64,000 nucleotides of DNA, taken from positions 12,107 through 76,106 of the forward strand of contig DASZVH010000004.1 in the NCBI GenBank assembly GCA_035547315.1, written 5' to 3'. The first letter of the stretch is position 1. Each line of letters opens with the position of its first letter. The notes beneath the pieces were generated by a model, which ran no database searches, had not been told where the DNA came from, and saw only the letters and a list, made by a program, of their open reading frames with translations. This document shows, one piece after another, positions 53,080-62,071 of the stretch. Made by a program: the position numbers and the translations under genes. The DNA is from Minisyncoccota bacterium (GTDB lineage: Bacteria > Patescibacteriota > Minisyncoccia > Phycocordibacterales > Phycocordibacteraceae).

Positions 53080-53185
53080 ATACAGCCCGGAAGCCGTTCA
53101 GAAGTCTAGTGCCCTGAAAGGGGATAACTACACCCCACTTATCTCGCAATAGCCATAGAGACCGATTTGCGATAGTCTTGGATTA

Positions 53186-54049
53186 ATGCCTAAGAAGAAA
53201 AGGACTAGGAGACTGCGTGGAAGTGATTTCTTGATGAGATGGTCTCAGGGAGCATGGAGCGAGGACCAACTCGTGGATGCAGTAAACGCGACCCAAAAGT
53301 TTTTTGCGTTGCCGTATGGTCCTAGCGGTACAGCGCCAGACGATGATCCGGTGGCCTATGAGAAATACTTTGAAAGATTAGACGCAGCCGGTCTTGGTTC
53401 GATCAAGCGACCAGACCTCCTTATTTTCCCGGAGTCGGCTCGCAGCAAGGTTAATAGTATGGTTGAGCCTCTTGGTGGTGTCGCGGAACTGCCTTTTCAC
53501 ACGGAAGATGAGGAGCACATAAAAGCACTCCTTTCTTTGGCAATCATGGCAGTCGAATGCGAGAACAGCTTATGGAAGGCGAAACAGATGCCGAACTACA
53601 CCTACACCCTCAAGCCACAGAAGAGGCTTGGAGGTAAGCCCGGTTTAGCTAAAAATGCAGTGCTTCCTACGATCATCATGAAAGACGAGGATAGAGGCCC
53701 GCTCACAGAATGGCAAAAACGAAATCCGAAACTCCCGCTCCATATTTGGCATGCGTTTTTTGACGAAGCATACGGCATTTCGTTTGCCGATATGAATCGG
53801 CTTATTGACGATGGGACCATCGAGCCTTCTGTTCAAGAGTTTTCAAACGCAGGACAGCCCTCGACAAAGAAAACTCTATACAAAGCGCATTATTACCTTG
53901 GCTATCCGCTCGCGACCTCAACGCAGGACCCGGCGCTAAAAGCTCAAACTATAGTGGATAAGAATGGCCACATTTACCCTTACGTTACCTTCTCTGGAGG
54001 CAAGATGGCTCTCCGGGATGATGCTGTGAGGGTTTTGGAGAGTCTGTAG
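53186..54049 (+). CDS. hypothetical protein, candidate restriction endonuclease
   Basis: 287 aa with no family match. Lies 20 nt upstream of, and co-oriented with, the methyltransferase. Contains PD...E.K-like residues (RPDLLIFPE...ECENSLWKAK). Confidence 0.3.
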   Translation: MPKKKRTRRLRGSDFLMRWSQGAWSEDQLVDAVNATQKFFALPYGPSGTAPDDDPVAYEKYFERLDAAGLGSIKRPDLLIFPESARSKVNSMVEPLGGVAELPFHTEDEEHIKALLSLAIMAVECENSLWKAKQMPNYTYTLKPQKRLGGKPGLAKNAVLPTIIMKDEDRGPLTEWQKRNPKLPLHIWHAFFDEAYGISFADMNRLIDDGTIEPSVQEFSNAGQPSTKKTLYKAHYYLGYPLATSTQDPALKAQTIVDKNGHIYPYVTFSGGKMALRDDAVRVLESL

Positions 54050-54069
54050 GAGGAAGGTAAAATAAAGGG

Positions 54070-55566
54070 GTGAAAACCCGAGAACAATTAAGAGAGAAGG
54101 GACAATTCTGGACGCCGAACTGGATAGCTCAGAGCATGGTTAGTTATGCTTTGGGGAATGGCTCGAATCAACTTTTTGATCCCGCTCATGGGCTTGGTGC
54201 GTTTTTTGTCGCAGCAAAGGAACTGAGCAAGAAGTTTAAAAGAAGAATAACCTTCTTTGGTACTGACATAGACTCTGATCTAGTGTCTGAAATTAAAGAA
54301 CAAGGGATTCTTGAAGCCAAGGATTTAAAGAATCTACGAGTTGCTGACTTTGTAGATATTGCTTCCCAAAAGAAATACAAGTCCATAGTCGTAAATCCTC
54401 CATATATCCGCCATCACCGCATTCCTCTTGAAAAGAAACTGGCTCTGAAGAGAATCGCTCTACAACATCTTGGTCGTGAATTAGATGGCAGAGCAGGCCT
54501 CCATGTGTACTTTTTAATACTAAGTCTACTTGCACTTGAAAAAGACGGAAGGTTATCTTTCATTGTTTCCTCTGATATATGCGAAGGGGTATTTGCGAAT
54601 CCACTTTGGCAGTGGATCGGAAAGAACTATCAAATAGAAGCAGTTCTGACTTTCAGTGGTAAAGCTAGTCCATTTCCGGGTGTAGATACAAACCCAATTA
54701 TTTTCTTCATTAGAAACGCAAAACCAAAAGCAGTTCTTTCGTGGGCTCGAGCGAATGGAATAAATCCCGAGTCTATCAATAAATGGGTTGATTCTGGTTT
54801 TAAAACATCTCTAGCGGATGGATCAGATTTATTAGTGTTTGAACGTTCACTGAATGAGGCGCTTACCACGGGCCTTTCTCGACTTCCACAGACCGAAGAA
54901 CACAAATTCACTCTAGGAGATTTTGTGTATGCGATGCGAGGCATTGCTACTGGGAATAATGAATTCTTTTTGCTGGATCAAGAGACCGTTGATAGATTCG
55001 GAATTCCTCAAACGTATTTAGTTCCAGCAATTGCTCGAACACGAGATGTCGCAGGAGATATGGTTGATGAGTCTACTTTTACAGCTATTGTCGAAAAAGG
55101 AAGACCACATTACCTACTTTATATTGATGCTGACAGCCTAGATGGCCTTCCAAAACCGATAAGAAATTATATTGCCCACGGAGAAGAACTTGGAGTACAC
55201 AAGACCGCACTAATCTCTGCCCGAAGGGTCTGGTTCAAAATGGAAAAAAGAAATCCACCGCCGATCCTTTTTGCCTACTTAGGAAGGAGAAGTTCAAGAT
55301 TTATCGTCAACAAAGCCGGAGCGCTGCCTCTCAATGGTTTTCTCTGCATCTATCCTAAGGACACTGAAGCATCATACTTAAATAAACTAATACAGATAAT
55401 TAATCGCGAAGAGGTATTAAAGAACCTGTTCCTGGTCGGCAAATCATACGGATCCGATGCAGTAAAAGTAGAGCCTCGTGCGATAGAGCGATTGCCCATT
55501 CCGGAGAAGCTTCTCAAGGAAGTAGGACTTATACCCCCTAGGAAGGGTCAGCTAGCTTTAGTTTGA
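54070..55566 (+). CDS. N6-adenine DNA methyltransferase (gamma-class, Eco57I/TaqI-like) with C-terminal target-recognition domain
   Basis: GQFWTP N-terminus, motif I FDPAHGLGAFF and motif IV VVNPPY. 498 aa. Confidence 0.8.
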   Translation: MKTREQLREKGQFWTPNWIAQSMVSYALGNGSNQLFDPAHGLGAFFVAAKELSKKFKRRITFFGTDIDSDLVSEIKEQGILEAKDLKNLRVADFVDIASQKKYKSIVVNPPYIRHHRIPLEKKLALKRIALQHLGRELDGRAGLHVYFLILSLLALEKDGRLSFIVSSDICEGVFANPLWQWIGKNYQIEAVLTFSGKASPFPGVDTNPIIFFIRNAKPKAVLSWARANGINPESINKWVDSGFKTSLADGSDLLVFERSLNEALTTGLSRLPQTEEHKFTLGDFVYAMRGIATGNNEFFLLDQETVDRFGIPQTYLVPAIARTRDVAGDMVDESTFTAIVEKGRPHYLLYIDADSLDGLPKPIRNYIAHGEELGVHKTALISARRVWFKMEKRNPPPILFAYLGRRSSRFIVNKAGALPLNGFLCIYPKDTEASYLNKLIQIINREEVLKNLFLVGKSYGSDAVKVEPRAIERLPIPEKLLKEVGLIPPRKGQLALV

Positions 55567-55567
55567 T

Positions 55568-55822
55568 TTAGAGAAAATAGCCAACGCTTTTACTGTAGAG
55601 CTTTGCGAGTTTATTGAGCCAGATGGCCTCTACTCGCAATTCTCCAAGTTCGATTTTTGAAACCCAGGACTGGGAGCACCCGAGCTTTTCAGCCACCTCT
55701 GCCTGTGTCAGCCCGGCTTCTATCCGAGCTTTCTTTAGCCGCTTCACAAACCCAGCTCGTTCATCGGTATGAATAGATTTCTTCATACCTATAAGGCTGT
55801 ATTCCGTTATGGGATATTCCAA
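55568..55822 (-). CDS. XRE-family helix-turn-helix transcriptional regulator
   Basis: LTQAEVAEKLGCSQSWVSKIELGE Cro/C1-type HTH. Could be the controller of the adjacent restriction-modification genes or the island repressor. Confidence 0.7.
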   Translation of the reverse strand: MEYPITEYSLIGMKKSIHTDERAGFVKRLKKARIEAGLTQAEVAEKLGCSQSWVSKIELGELRVEAIWLNKLAKLYSKSVGYFL

Positions 55823-55937
55823 AGTGGAATATTTATGCTACGATAGGGCCACTTAGTCCATAAGGGGACAACCGACTACGAGGAAGTCCAGGACGAAGGT
55901 AAGTTATAGAAGTTTTATTTATAAGATAACGAAATAT

Positions 55938-56228
55938 ATGGCTCGTAAACCAAAGCCTCAGTGCCCAAATTGTAAGCAGTACAGGTTGGACGAAAAGCGT
56001 GGTATCTGGCTGCTACTCGCATCAGGGTGCTTTTTCGGTCCGCTCATGGTCGCCAGTGTCTTGTTTATTACAATCATCGGTATCCCGATTGCCTTGTTCT
56101 TTCTGGGTCTCTACATCATCACGATCCCACTCGGCATTATTGCTATAATCGTGGCGTTTCGTACTCACGGCTACCGGTGTAGAAATTGCCACTGGGTTGG
56201 CGATAACCCAATCATTGAATCGGCATGA
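55938..56228 (+). CDS. small membrane protein with split zinc ribbon (CPNC ... CRNC)
   Basis: 96 aa with two TM helices flanked by CxxC pairs. Confidence 0.4.
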   Translation: MARKPKPQCPNCKQYRLDEKRGIWLLLASGCFFGPLMVASVLFITIIGIPIALFFLGLYIITIPLGIIAIIVAFRTHGYRCRNCHWVGDNPIIESA

Positions 56229-56340
56229 GGCATGGCAATTCTGTCGTCACAAAGCGCTCGTGAGCTTCAAAGAATAATCAAAGAGGCTACGGAGCGCGAT
56301 GTGTCGCTCGGAGAAGCCTATGCGATTTGGGGATACCTAA

Positions 56341-57060
56341 TCAAACTCCTGCAGTTGTTGTGGAAGGTAGAACACCGCGATGAGGTACCCATACCGCCAC
56401 AACAGATGTCATTGTTTGGTCGGTTCGGAAACGCAAGTGCGGATCACAGGAGTCGTAAAAGATATTCTCGGAGTTAGGGATAGAGAATGCTTCTTTGGTT
56501 TTGCCTTCTCGATCCCATCGTTCTTTAAATTCAAGCAAGGTCTCTTCTGGGTCCGTGGGATGTTCGAGTTCGTGCATTTCTTTCAGCTCCCTATTTTCAT
56601 TCTTGACTTTAGCAAGCAGGTCAACGATATCTCTGAGGTGGAAAAGGCCCTCGGTTTGTTCCGGTTCAGGAAGATTGAGTACCAGAAAACGGATATCGTT
56701 CGGGTGAAGAAGGAGCCGAGGTTTCTCAACCTCCTGTTCTTTTGGAAAATTATGAAAATACTGCAGCCACAACTTCTGGCTTGCCGAATTACCTTGCACC
56801 GCACTACGCAAAATACTTTCAATTACGAAGCTGGTCTTTTCGAAAGCCCACTCTTTTCGTAAGGCTGTCACGCGAGACTGGAAGTCGGAGCGTTTTTTCC
56901 AGGCAGTTGGCGTGTTAATGCTGATTCCGTAGTATTCAGAAAATTGCTGCTGGGTTTCAATCCCGAGCCGGTGACGCTCGGAAGGGGGCATGGAGGTCCA
57001 GAGGATAAACTCCTCATAGACGCCATCTTTTTTCACACCTCGATTTTCACGGTTGTTCAT
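56341..57060 (-). CDS. hypothetical phage-like protein (N-terminal HTH, terminase-small-subunit-like)
   Basis: ETQQQFSEYYGISINTPTAWKKR resembles terS/Nu1-type HTH segments. 239 aa, low GC. Confidence 0.3.
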   Translation of the reverse strand: MNNRENRGVKKDGVYEEFILWTSMPPSERHRLGIETQQQFSEYYGISINTPTAWKKRSDFQSRVTALRKEWAFEKTSFVIESILRSAVQGNSASQKLWLQYFHNFPKEQEVEKPRLLLHPNDIRFLVLNLPEPEQTEGLFHLRDIVDLLAKVKNENRELKEMHELEHPTDPEETLLEFKERWDREGKTKEAFSIPNSENIFYDSCDPHLRFRTDQTMTSVVAVWVPHRGVLPSTTTAGV

Positions 57061-57169
57061 GGTTGTGATCTGCTTAATCCCTTGAGAATCGCTTGGGATT
57101 AAGCGGTATCTTCAATATTACTCCCGGAAATACCTGTTGTGAGGCCCTCTCTCTGTGGACCAACGAAAA

Positions 57170-57360
57170 CCCGACCTAGACGGGTCGAGATCTTGGTCGG
57201 ATAGGCGGTAGAATAGCCTTACGACACCTCACATTACTTCGCACCGAACCAAAGTAGCCAGCAGTCTAGAAAAGTATCGAAGGACCTATACGGGTCAATA
57301 AATAAGCCATCGCGAAAATTAGTTCGAGATTTCTAGACCCATACCCGTCTAGGAAATCGA
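57170..57360. repeat. iteron-like repeats: three copies of GACCTA(G/T)ACGGGTC (one inverted) plus three TCTAGA palindromes
   Basis: Approximate positions 57172-57189, 57283-57296 and 57336-57353. Lies in the 350 nt non-coding region of the island. Coordinates +/-2 nt. Confidence 0.5.
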
Positions 57361-57378
57361 ACTTCTAGAAAATGTGTA

Positions 57379-57409
57379 AAGGGCCGACCCGGTTGGATCG
57401 GCCCTTTGC
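57379..57409 (-). terminator. rho-independent terminator after the 57413-57760 gene
   Basis: AAGGGCCGAcccggttggaTCGGCCCTTT. On the minus strand a T-rich tract (tttacacatttt) follows. Confidence 0.6.
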
Positions 57410-57412
57410 GCG

Positions 57413-57760
57413 TCATGCGCTCGCCATCGCTTTCGGCACCATCGCGCCCAGCTCATCGGGACTCATGCCGAGTTCCTCGGCGAGCTTGAGCGCGTTGACG
57501 AGCATCTTGGTAGTCGCGATACGAAGGTTCTCTTCGTTCATCGCGCCGCCGTGATCCTGCGCCTCCGTCTCTGTCGCGATCTTGCCAGCCGACTTGCTGA
57601 TGTGCTTCAGGCTGTGCGAGACGGCGAAGGCACGAACCTTCTCCGGAGTGCTCAGATCGACGTTCGGATAGTGCTGATTCGTGAAGGTGTACCTCGCGCC
57701 GATGAAGGCCATCAGGGAAGCGAGATTCGGTTCAGGCGTTCCGGTCATAATGACCTCCAT
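57413..57760 (-). CDS. hypothetical protein (possibly MazG-like NTP pyrophosphohydrolase fold)
   Basis: 115 aa all-helical with an acidic ETEAQDHGG segment. Weak similarity only. Confidence 0.25.
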   Translation of the reverse strand: MEVIMTGTPEPNLASLMAFIGARYTFTNQHYPNVDLSTPEKVRAFAVSHSLKHISKSAGKIATETEAQDHGGAMNEENLRIATTKMLVNALKLAEELGMSPDELGAMVPKAMASA

Positions 57761-58174
57761 GGTTGAGGGTGAACTTTAGCCTGACACATTCATACCTCAA
57801 TTTGCCCGACCTGTCTAAGGCTAGAACTCTTCCACATAGAGAATCCTGATATTCTAAGCCCTGTTCGGGGTTATTCTGCTCGCGCTTGCGGCCGGCATAG
57901 GCTTTCTCTGGGGTGACAAGCATGCACTCGATAAACTCACTATCGTTGAGATAACGCCCGATCAAATGGTACAAGCCATGAGTGCTGATAACTTCTATGG
58001 TTTCTGGCGCGAGAGTACTTTAGTCGCGTCGGGGACCGTGGCCGGCATCTCCCAACAAAATGGCGAAACGCTTATCCAACTCACAACCGAGCCCGGAAAG
58101 TCGCTTTAGATGAGTAGCTGAACAAGTGAAAGCGCGGGGTCCTTCGCCGCGTATAATAAATACTAGCGGCCTTC

Positions 58175-58726
58175 ATGAAAAAAGCTCTCCTTTCTTTTGG
58201 ACTCATTCTCGTATCAGGGGCATACGCCCTCTATCATGCAATGGGTGGCGCGGCAACAAATCCCGCTGTCACAGTACCCCCCGTGACATCTTCGCAGGTT
58301 CAGCCCATAACTATTACCAATACTTCTTCGCCAGCCGCCCCTCCACCACAAAACGCTACAGAAACGCCGATTCAAACGACCCAGACGGCTACACCTCCGC
58401 CGTCGGCCCCCACTCCGCAACCGCTCTCGGTACCCAAAGGTCAATATGCTGATGGTACGTACACCGGCAGCCCCGCCGACGCGTACTACGGCACCGTCGA
58501 AGTGCAAGCCGTTGTCTCGGGCGGCAAGCTTGCCGATGTTACTTTCCTTCAATACCCGAGCGACCGGAGCACGAGCCGCTATATCAATAGCCAAGCGATG
58601 CCACTCCTTATGCAGGAAGCCATTGCCGCGCAAAGCGCGAACGTGAGCGGCGTCTCGGGCGCGAGTGATACGAGCGCAGCGTTCCGCGAATCGCTCGCGA
58701 GTGCACTCGCACAGGCAAAAAACTAA
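58175..58726 (+). CDS. secreted FMN-binding domain protein (flavinylation substrate)
   Basis: Signal peptide, a Pro/Thr-rich linker and a C-terminal FMN_bind-like domain. It has VSGVSGASDTS, resembling the [S/T]GA[S/T] flavinylation motif. Confidence 0.6.
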   Translation: MKKALLSFGLILVSGAYALYHAMGGAATNPAVTVPPVTSSQVQPITITNTSSPAAPPPQNATETPIQTTQTATPPPSAPTPQPLSVPKGQYADGTYTGSPADAYYGTVEVQAVVSGGKLADVTFLQYPSDRSTSRYINSQAMPLLMQEAIAAQSANVSGVSGASDTSAAFRESLASALAQAKN

Positions 58727-58727
58727 C

Positions 58728-59468
58728 ATGCGTATCGAACGAATTATCATGGGCATGCCAGCGGCGATCGAACTCGTTGGTGCCGATTCTCGAGAACCGC
58801 ACGACCGCATCTTCGCGTTATGGGACGCGATCGATGTACGATTTAGCACCTACAAGCCCGAGAGCGAGACGAGCCGCATCAACCGCGGCGAGATTAACGA
58901 ACGCGATTATAGTCCCGAGATGCAGGAGATTATTGCTCTTACCGAAAAGACAAAGCGGGAGACGAATGGATACTTCGATGCGCGCCCCCATGACGGTTCG
59001 TTCGATCCCTCTGGCGTTGTGAAAGGATGGGCGCTTCGCGAGGCAGCGCACCGCGCAGAGGAACTTGGCTTTGATTCCTTCTATGTCGAAATCGGCGGCG
59101 ACATTCAAACTCGCGGCAAGGATGCGGCAGGACGAGATTGGACAATTGGCATTCGCAACCCATTCAACTATGATGAGATCGTTAAGGTGCTCTGTCCGCG
59201 CGGCGCGGGCATCGCCACCTCGGGAAACGCTGCGCGTGGCGCGCATATCTACAATCCGCACGATTCGAAAGTCGCACCCGCAGAACTGGCAAGCATAACC
59301 GTCCTCGGTCCAGACATCTTCGAGGCCGATCGTTTCGCAACCGCGGCGTTCGCAATGGGTGAGAAGGGCATCTATTTTATTGAAAGCATGGACAGTTTCG
59401 AGGCGTACGCAATTGCCCCAAGTGGTGTTGCCACGATGACTTCCGGGCTCTTCCGTTATCTTGCATGA
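58728..59468 (+). CDS. apbE: FAD:protein FMN transferase ApbE
   Basis: ApbE-family signature along its length (GAIEL..., GGD, DSFEAYA...). 246 aa. Confidence 0.8.
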   Translation: MRIERIIMGMPAAIELVGADSREPHDRIFALWDAIDVRFSTYKPESETSRINRGEINERDYSPEMQEIIALTEKTKRETNGYFDARPHDGSFDPSGVVKGWALREAAHRAEELGFDSFYVEIGGDIQTRGKDAAGRDWTIGIRNPFNYDEIVKVLCPRGAGIATSGNAARGAHIYNPHDSKVAPAELASITVLGPDIFEADRFATAAFAMGEKGIYFIESMDSFEAYAIAPSGVATMTSGLFRYLA

Positions 59469-60949
59469 TTCGTTTCGTCGACGACATCTTGAATAAGATC
59501 ACGATGTACCGCTTGGTGCTCTACTACCTTGCGGCGCTCGCACTCCTCGCGTTCATACTTGGACTCTTCGGAATTGTCCCTGTCGATCCCACTGCGCTCG
59601 CGTTTTCAATACTCCTCGTGACGATCGTGTGTTTGGCGACGAACTGGGTCTTTGCGCGCGTTTTTTCTGCGGAAACCAACATCGAATCGGCATACATAAC
59701 AGCCCTCATCCTTGTTCTCATTGTGCCGCCGGCCACCGCGGGCAATGTGGCGGGTGTCGGCCTTCTCGTCTTCGTCTCGGTCTGGGCGATGGCATCCAAA
59801 TACATTTTTGCGATCGGCAAAAAGCACGTCTTCAATCCTGCAGCGATCGCGATCGCGATCGCTGCGCTCGCGCTCAACCAGCCCGCGACCTGGTGGGTGG
59901 GCGGCAATCTTTGGCTCGCGCCCGTCGTTATCCTCGGTGGCCTGCTTGTCGTGCGCAAGATTCAGCGCTTTGATCTCGTCCTCTCCTTTATGGCGGTCGC
60001 GATTGTTGCAACCCTTGCAACCGCCCCTTCCGCCGACTATGGGGGCCTGCTCTCGCAGACACTTCTGCATTCCTCATTCTTTTTCCTCGCGTTCGTGATG
60101 CTAACCGAGCCACTTACTACGCCGCCCAATCGCTTGCTCCGCATGGCATACGGCACATTAGTTGGGCTACTTTTTGCACCAAATATCCACCTCGGCTCCT
60201 TCTACCTTACGCCTGAGCTCGCGCTCCTCGCTGGCAACATTTTCTCCTACGCCGTGAGCCCGAAGGGCCGCTACACACTCACGTTGGTTCGGGTTGAGCA
60301 AGCCGCGCGCGATGCGTACGATTTCGTGTTTACCCCTGATCGTGCTTTTACCTTCAAGCCCGGTCAATACATGGAATGGACGCTTAGTCATAAATATCCG
60401 GACGACCGCGGTAATCGGCGGTATTTCACGCTCGCCTCCTCGCCGACTGCTTCTGAAGTCCGTCTCGGCGTGAAGTTCTACAACCCCTCGAGCACGTTTA
60501 AGCGTGCCCTTGCCGCACTCACCGAAAGCAAAACAATCTCTGTGTCGCACCTCGCGGGCGGTTTCGTGCTCCCGCGTAAGAAAGAGACCAAGCTTGTTTT
60601 CATCGCGGGTGGGATCGGCATAACGCCCTTTCGCAGCATGATCGAATACCTCCTCGACTCACGCGAACGGCGGGACATCGTGCTTCTCTATTCGAACAAA
60701 GCCGAAGCCGATATAGCCTACAAACCGCTTCTCGATCGCGCACGGGCAGAACTTGGTATCCGAACCGTTTATGTGACCGGTACACCAATCGACGCAGCAC
60801 TCATTGCCTGCGAAATACCCGACTACCGCAATCGCTCGTTCTATATCTCGGGACCGCATGGGATGGTGGAGACATTCAAGGCCGCGCTGCGTCGTATGGG
60901 CGTGTCGTGGTTTAGAATAAAGAGTGATTTCTTCCCGGGCTTCGCCTAA
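59465..60949 (+). CDS. membrane oxidoreductase: NqrB/RnfD-like polytopic N-domain fused to an FNR-like FAD/NAD(P)-binding domain
   Basis: KHVFNPAAIA (NqrB/RnfD HxFNPA motif). The C-terminal domain has RRYFTLASSP (RxYS FAD site) and LVFIAGGIGITPFRSM (NAD site). ATGA overlap with apbE. Confidence 0.6.
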   Translation: MIRFVDDILNKITMYRLVLYYLAALALLAFILGLFGIVPVDPTALAFSILLVTIVCLATNWVFARVFSAETNIESAYITALILVLIVPPATAGNVAGVGLLVFVSVWAMASKYIFAIGKKHVFNPAAIAIAIAALALNQPATWWVGGNLWLAPVVILGGLLVVRKIQRFDLVLSFMAVAIVATLATAPSADYGGLLSQTLLHSSFFFLAFVMLTEPLTTPPNRLLRMAYGTLVGLLFAPNIHLGSFYLTPELALLAGNIFSYAVSPKGRYTLTLVRVEQAARDAYDFVFTPDRAFTFKPGQYMEWTLSHKYPDDRGNRRYFTLASSPTASEVRLGVKFYNPSSTFKRALAALTESKTISVSHLAGGFVLPRKKETKLVFIAGGIGITPFRSMIEYLLDSRERRDIVLLYSNKAEADIAYKPLLDRARAELGIRTVYVTGTPIDAALIACEIPDYRNRSFYISGPHGMVETFKAALRRMGVSWFRIKSDFFPGFA

Positions 60950-60953
60950 TGCT

Positions 60954-61535
60954 ATGAGCACCTACGAAAAAGTCGCAACTGCCATCATTGTCATCCTCGT
61001 CGCTATCGGCGTTGCCTTCTCCTATCACGAAATTACCGAGCCGCATGAAAATAACGGCGGCCCAGACTTTGACCACAGCATCGGCCAGAATTTCGAAATC
61101 GGACCCTTCGACACCATCTTGAGCCGTCGATCCTCGGGCGGTATCGAACAGAATTGCGCGCCATTGCAGTCAGTGATCCTCGGAGCACTGCATGATGTAA
61201 AAGAAAAGCTCGAGGCCGCAGGCACGTATCAGCGAAGCGCGGATGTTTTCGAGGTCAATCAAGACACGTTGCAATTCTTCTGCAATGCGCAAGCAGAGGT
61301 GACACTCATTGATGACACTGGAACGAAACTCGTGCTTGATAAGCCGCCCTTTACGCGCGGCATTCCAGCGGGCGGTACAGCTACGGACGTAGGCACTGAG
61401 GTGCGTATCGACGCGACAATTGTGCGTCCCGGGACCGTACCACCAACCATGCCGACAGTTTCCGTTGAAGAACTCATTCCAGATCGGTATCTCGAAGGGG
61501 CAGTATCGTCGAGTACCGAAGTGATTGGGGAGTGA
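60954..61535 (+). CDS. hypothetical membrane-anchored protein
   Basis: One N-terminal TM helix and a ~170 aa extracytoplasmic domain. No motif recognised. Confidence 0.35.
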   Translation: MSTYEKVATAIIVILVAIGVAFSYHEITEPHENNGGPDFDHSIGQNFEIGPFDTILSRRSSGGIEQNCAPLQSVILGALHDVKEKLEAAGTYQRSADVFEVNQDTLQFFCNAQAEVTLIDDTGTKLVLDKPPFTRGIPAGGTATDVGTEVRIDATIVRPGTVPPTMPTVSVEELIPDRYLEGAVSSSTEVIGE

Positions 61536-61564
61536 TCGCATAGGAACGTCTTCGGGGCCCTCTC

Positions 61565-61800
61565 TGGACTCGAACCGACTTTCCAGAGAATTTAAGAATC
61601 CTCCTTGAGCGTCTAAGCTATAATTCCGACGAGGGTTCGATTCGTAGAAGGGCAGCCAAGTCGAGCGCAACACATGCGCACGAGTTCGTCAAGGGTCTCG
61701 TGCGCGAGAACCCCGCACGAGACGCATCGCGTTTTTAAGTAAAGAGAAAACCGCCGCATCGAGAGCGTGCCCAGCGGGCGGCTTCTCGTACGCGACGGTC
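61565..61800 (+). ncRNA. candidate structured ncRNA; the 5' end resembles the tmRNA tRNA-like domain
   Basis: GGGGCCCTCTCTGGACTCGAACCGAC compared with E. coli ssrA 5' GGGGCUGAUUCUGGAUUCGACGGG. A GAAGGGCAGCCAAG segment resembles the SRP-RNA GGAAGCAGCCAAGG motif. No complementary 3' acceptor strand was found, so the assignment is tentative. Confidence 0.2.
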
Positions 61801-62071
61801 AGTGTATTTGCTTGGGGCAGCCGATTGGCATGGACGCACCCTGGGCGTAGACGCGCAACCAGAGATTCGAAATGCCTTTCCCGCGCAATTGCGGGAGAAC
61901 GCTGTTCTCGATCGCCTCGTTGAGCTTGAGGAGAATGTCACGGCACTGTGCAATGCGCCGATTATCCTTGCCGGGGCCGGTGTCGATTTCGACCGCCAGC
62001 CAACCTGAGTTGACGTCGAGCGGGCCTTGATTGCGCACCCGCAACTCGACATCCCGAAATTGCACCTTCAG
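61799..62071 (-). CDS. hypothetical protein (possible GTG start); conflicts with the ncRNA hypothesis
   Basis: The minus-strand frame reads protein-like (VQFRDVELRVRNQGPLDVNSGWLAVEIDTGPGKDNRRIAQ...) with GC3 ~72%. An AGGTG lies upstream of an alternative frame. Confidence 0.2.
   Translation of the reverse strand: MKVQFRDVELRVRNQGPLDVNSGWLAVEIDTGPGKDNRRIAQCRDILLKLNEAIENSVLPQLRGKGISNLWLRVYAQGASMPIGCPKQIH

Larger units (their letters stand above)
49921..58130. mobile_element. low-GC genomic island next to the tRNA-Gln 3' end
   Basis: GC drops from ~67% to ~42-50% immediately after the tRNA. Contents: DUF262+HEPN, serine recombinase, putative restriction enzyme + N6-adenine methyltransferase + HTH protein, phage-like genes and a repeat-rich region. 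The right boundary is approximate. No direct repeat of the tRNA 3' end was found. Confidence 0.55.

Noticed and set aside
49921-58130. Direct-repeat duplication of the tRNA-Gln 3' end at the right island boundary
   Set aside because: No copy of >=12 nt of the tRNA 3' end was found downstream. Insertion by a serine recombinase does not require one, so the boundary is left approximate.
61550-61640. tRNA on either strand (GGACTCGAACC / GGTTCGATTC T-arm-like strings)
   Set aside because: No 5 bp T-stem complementarity and no matching acceptor stem could be drawn. It is treated as part of a candidate ncRNA instead.
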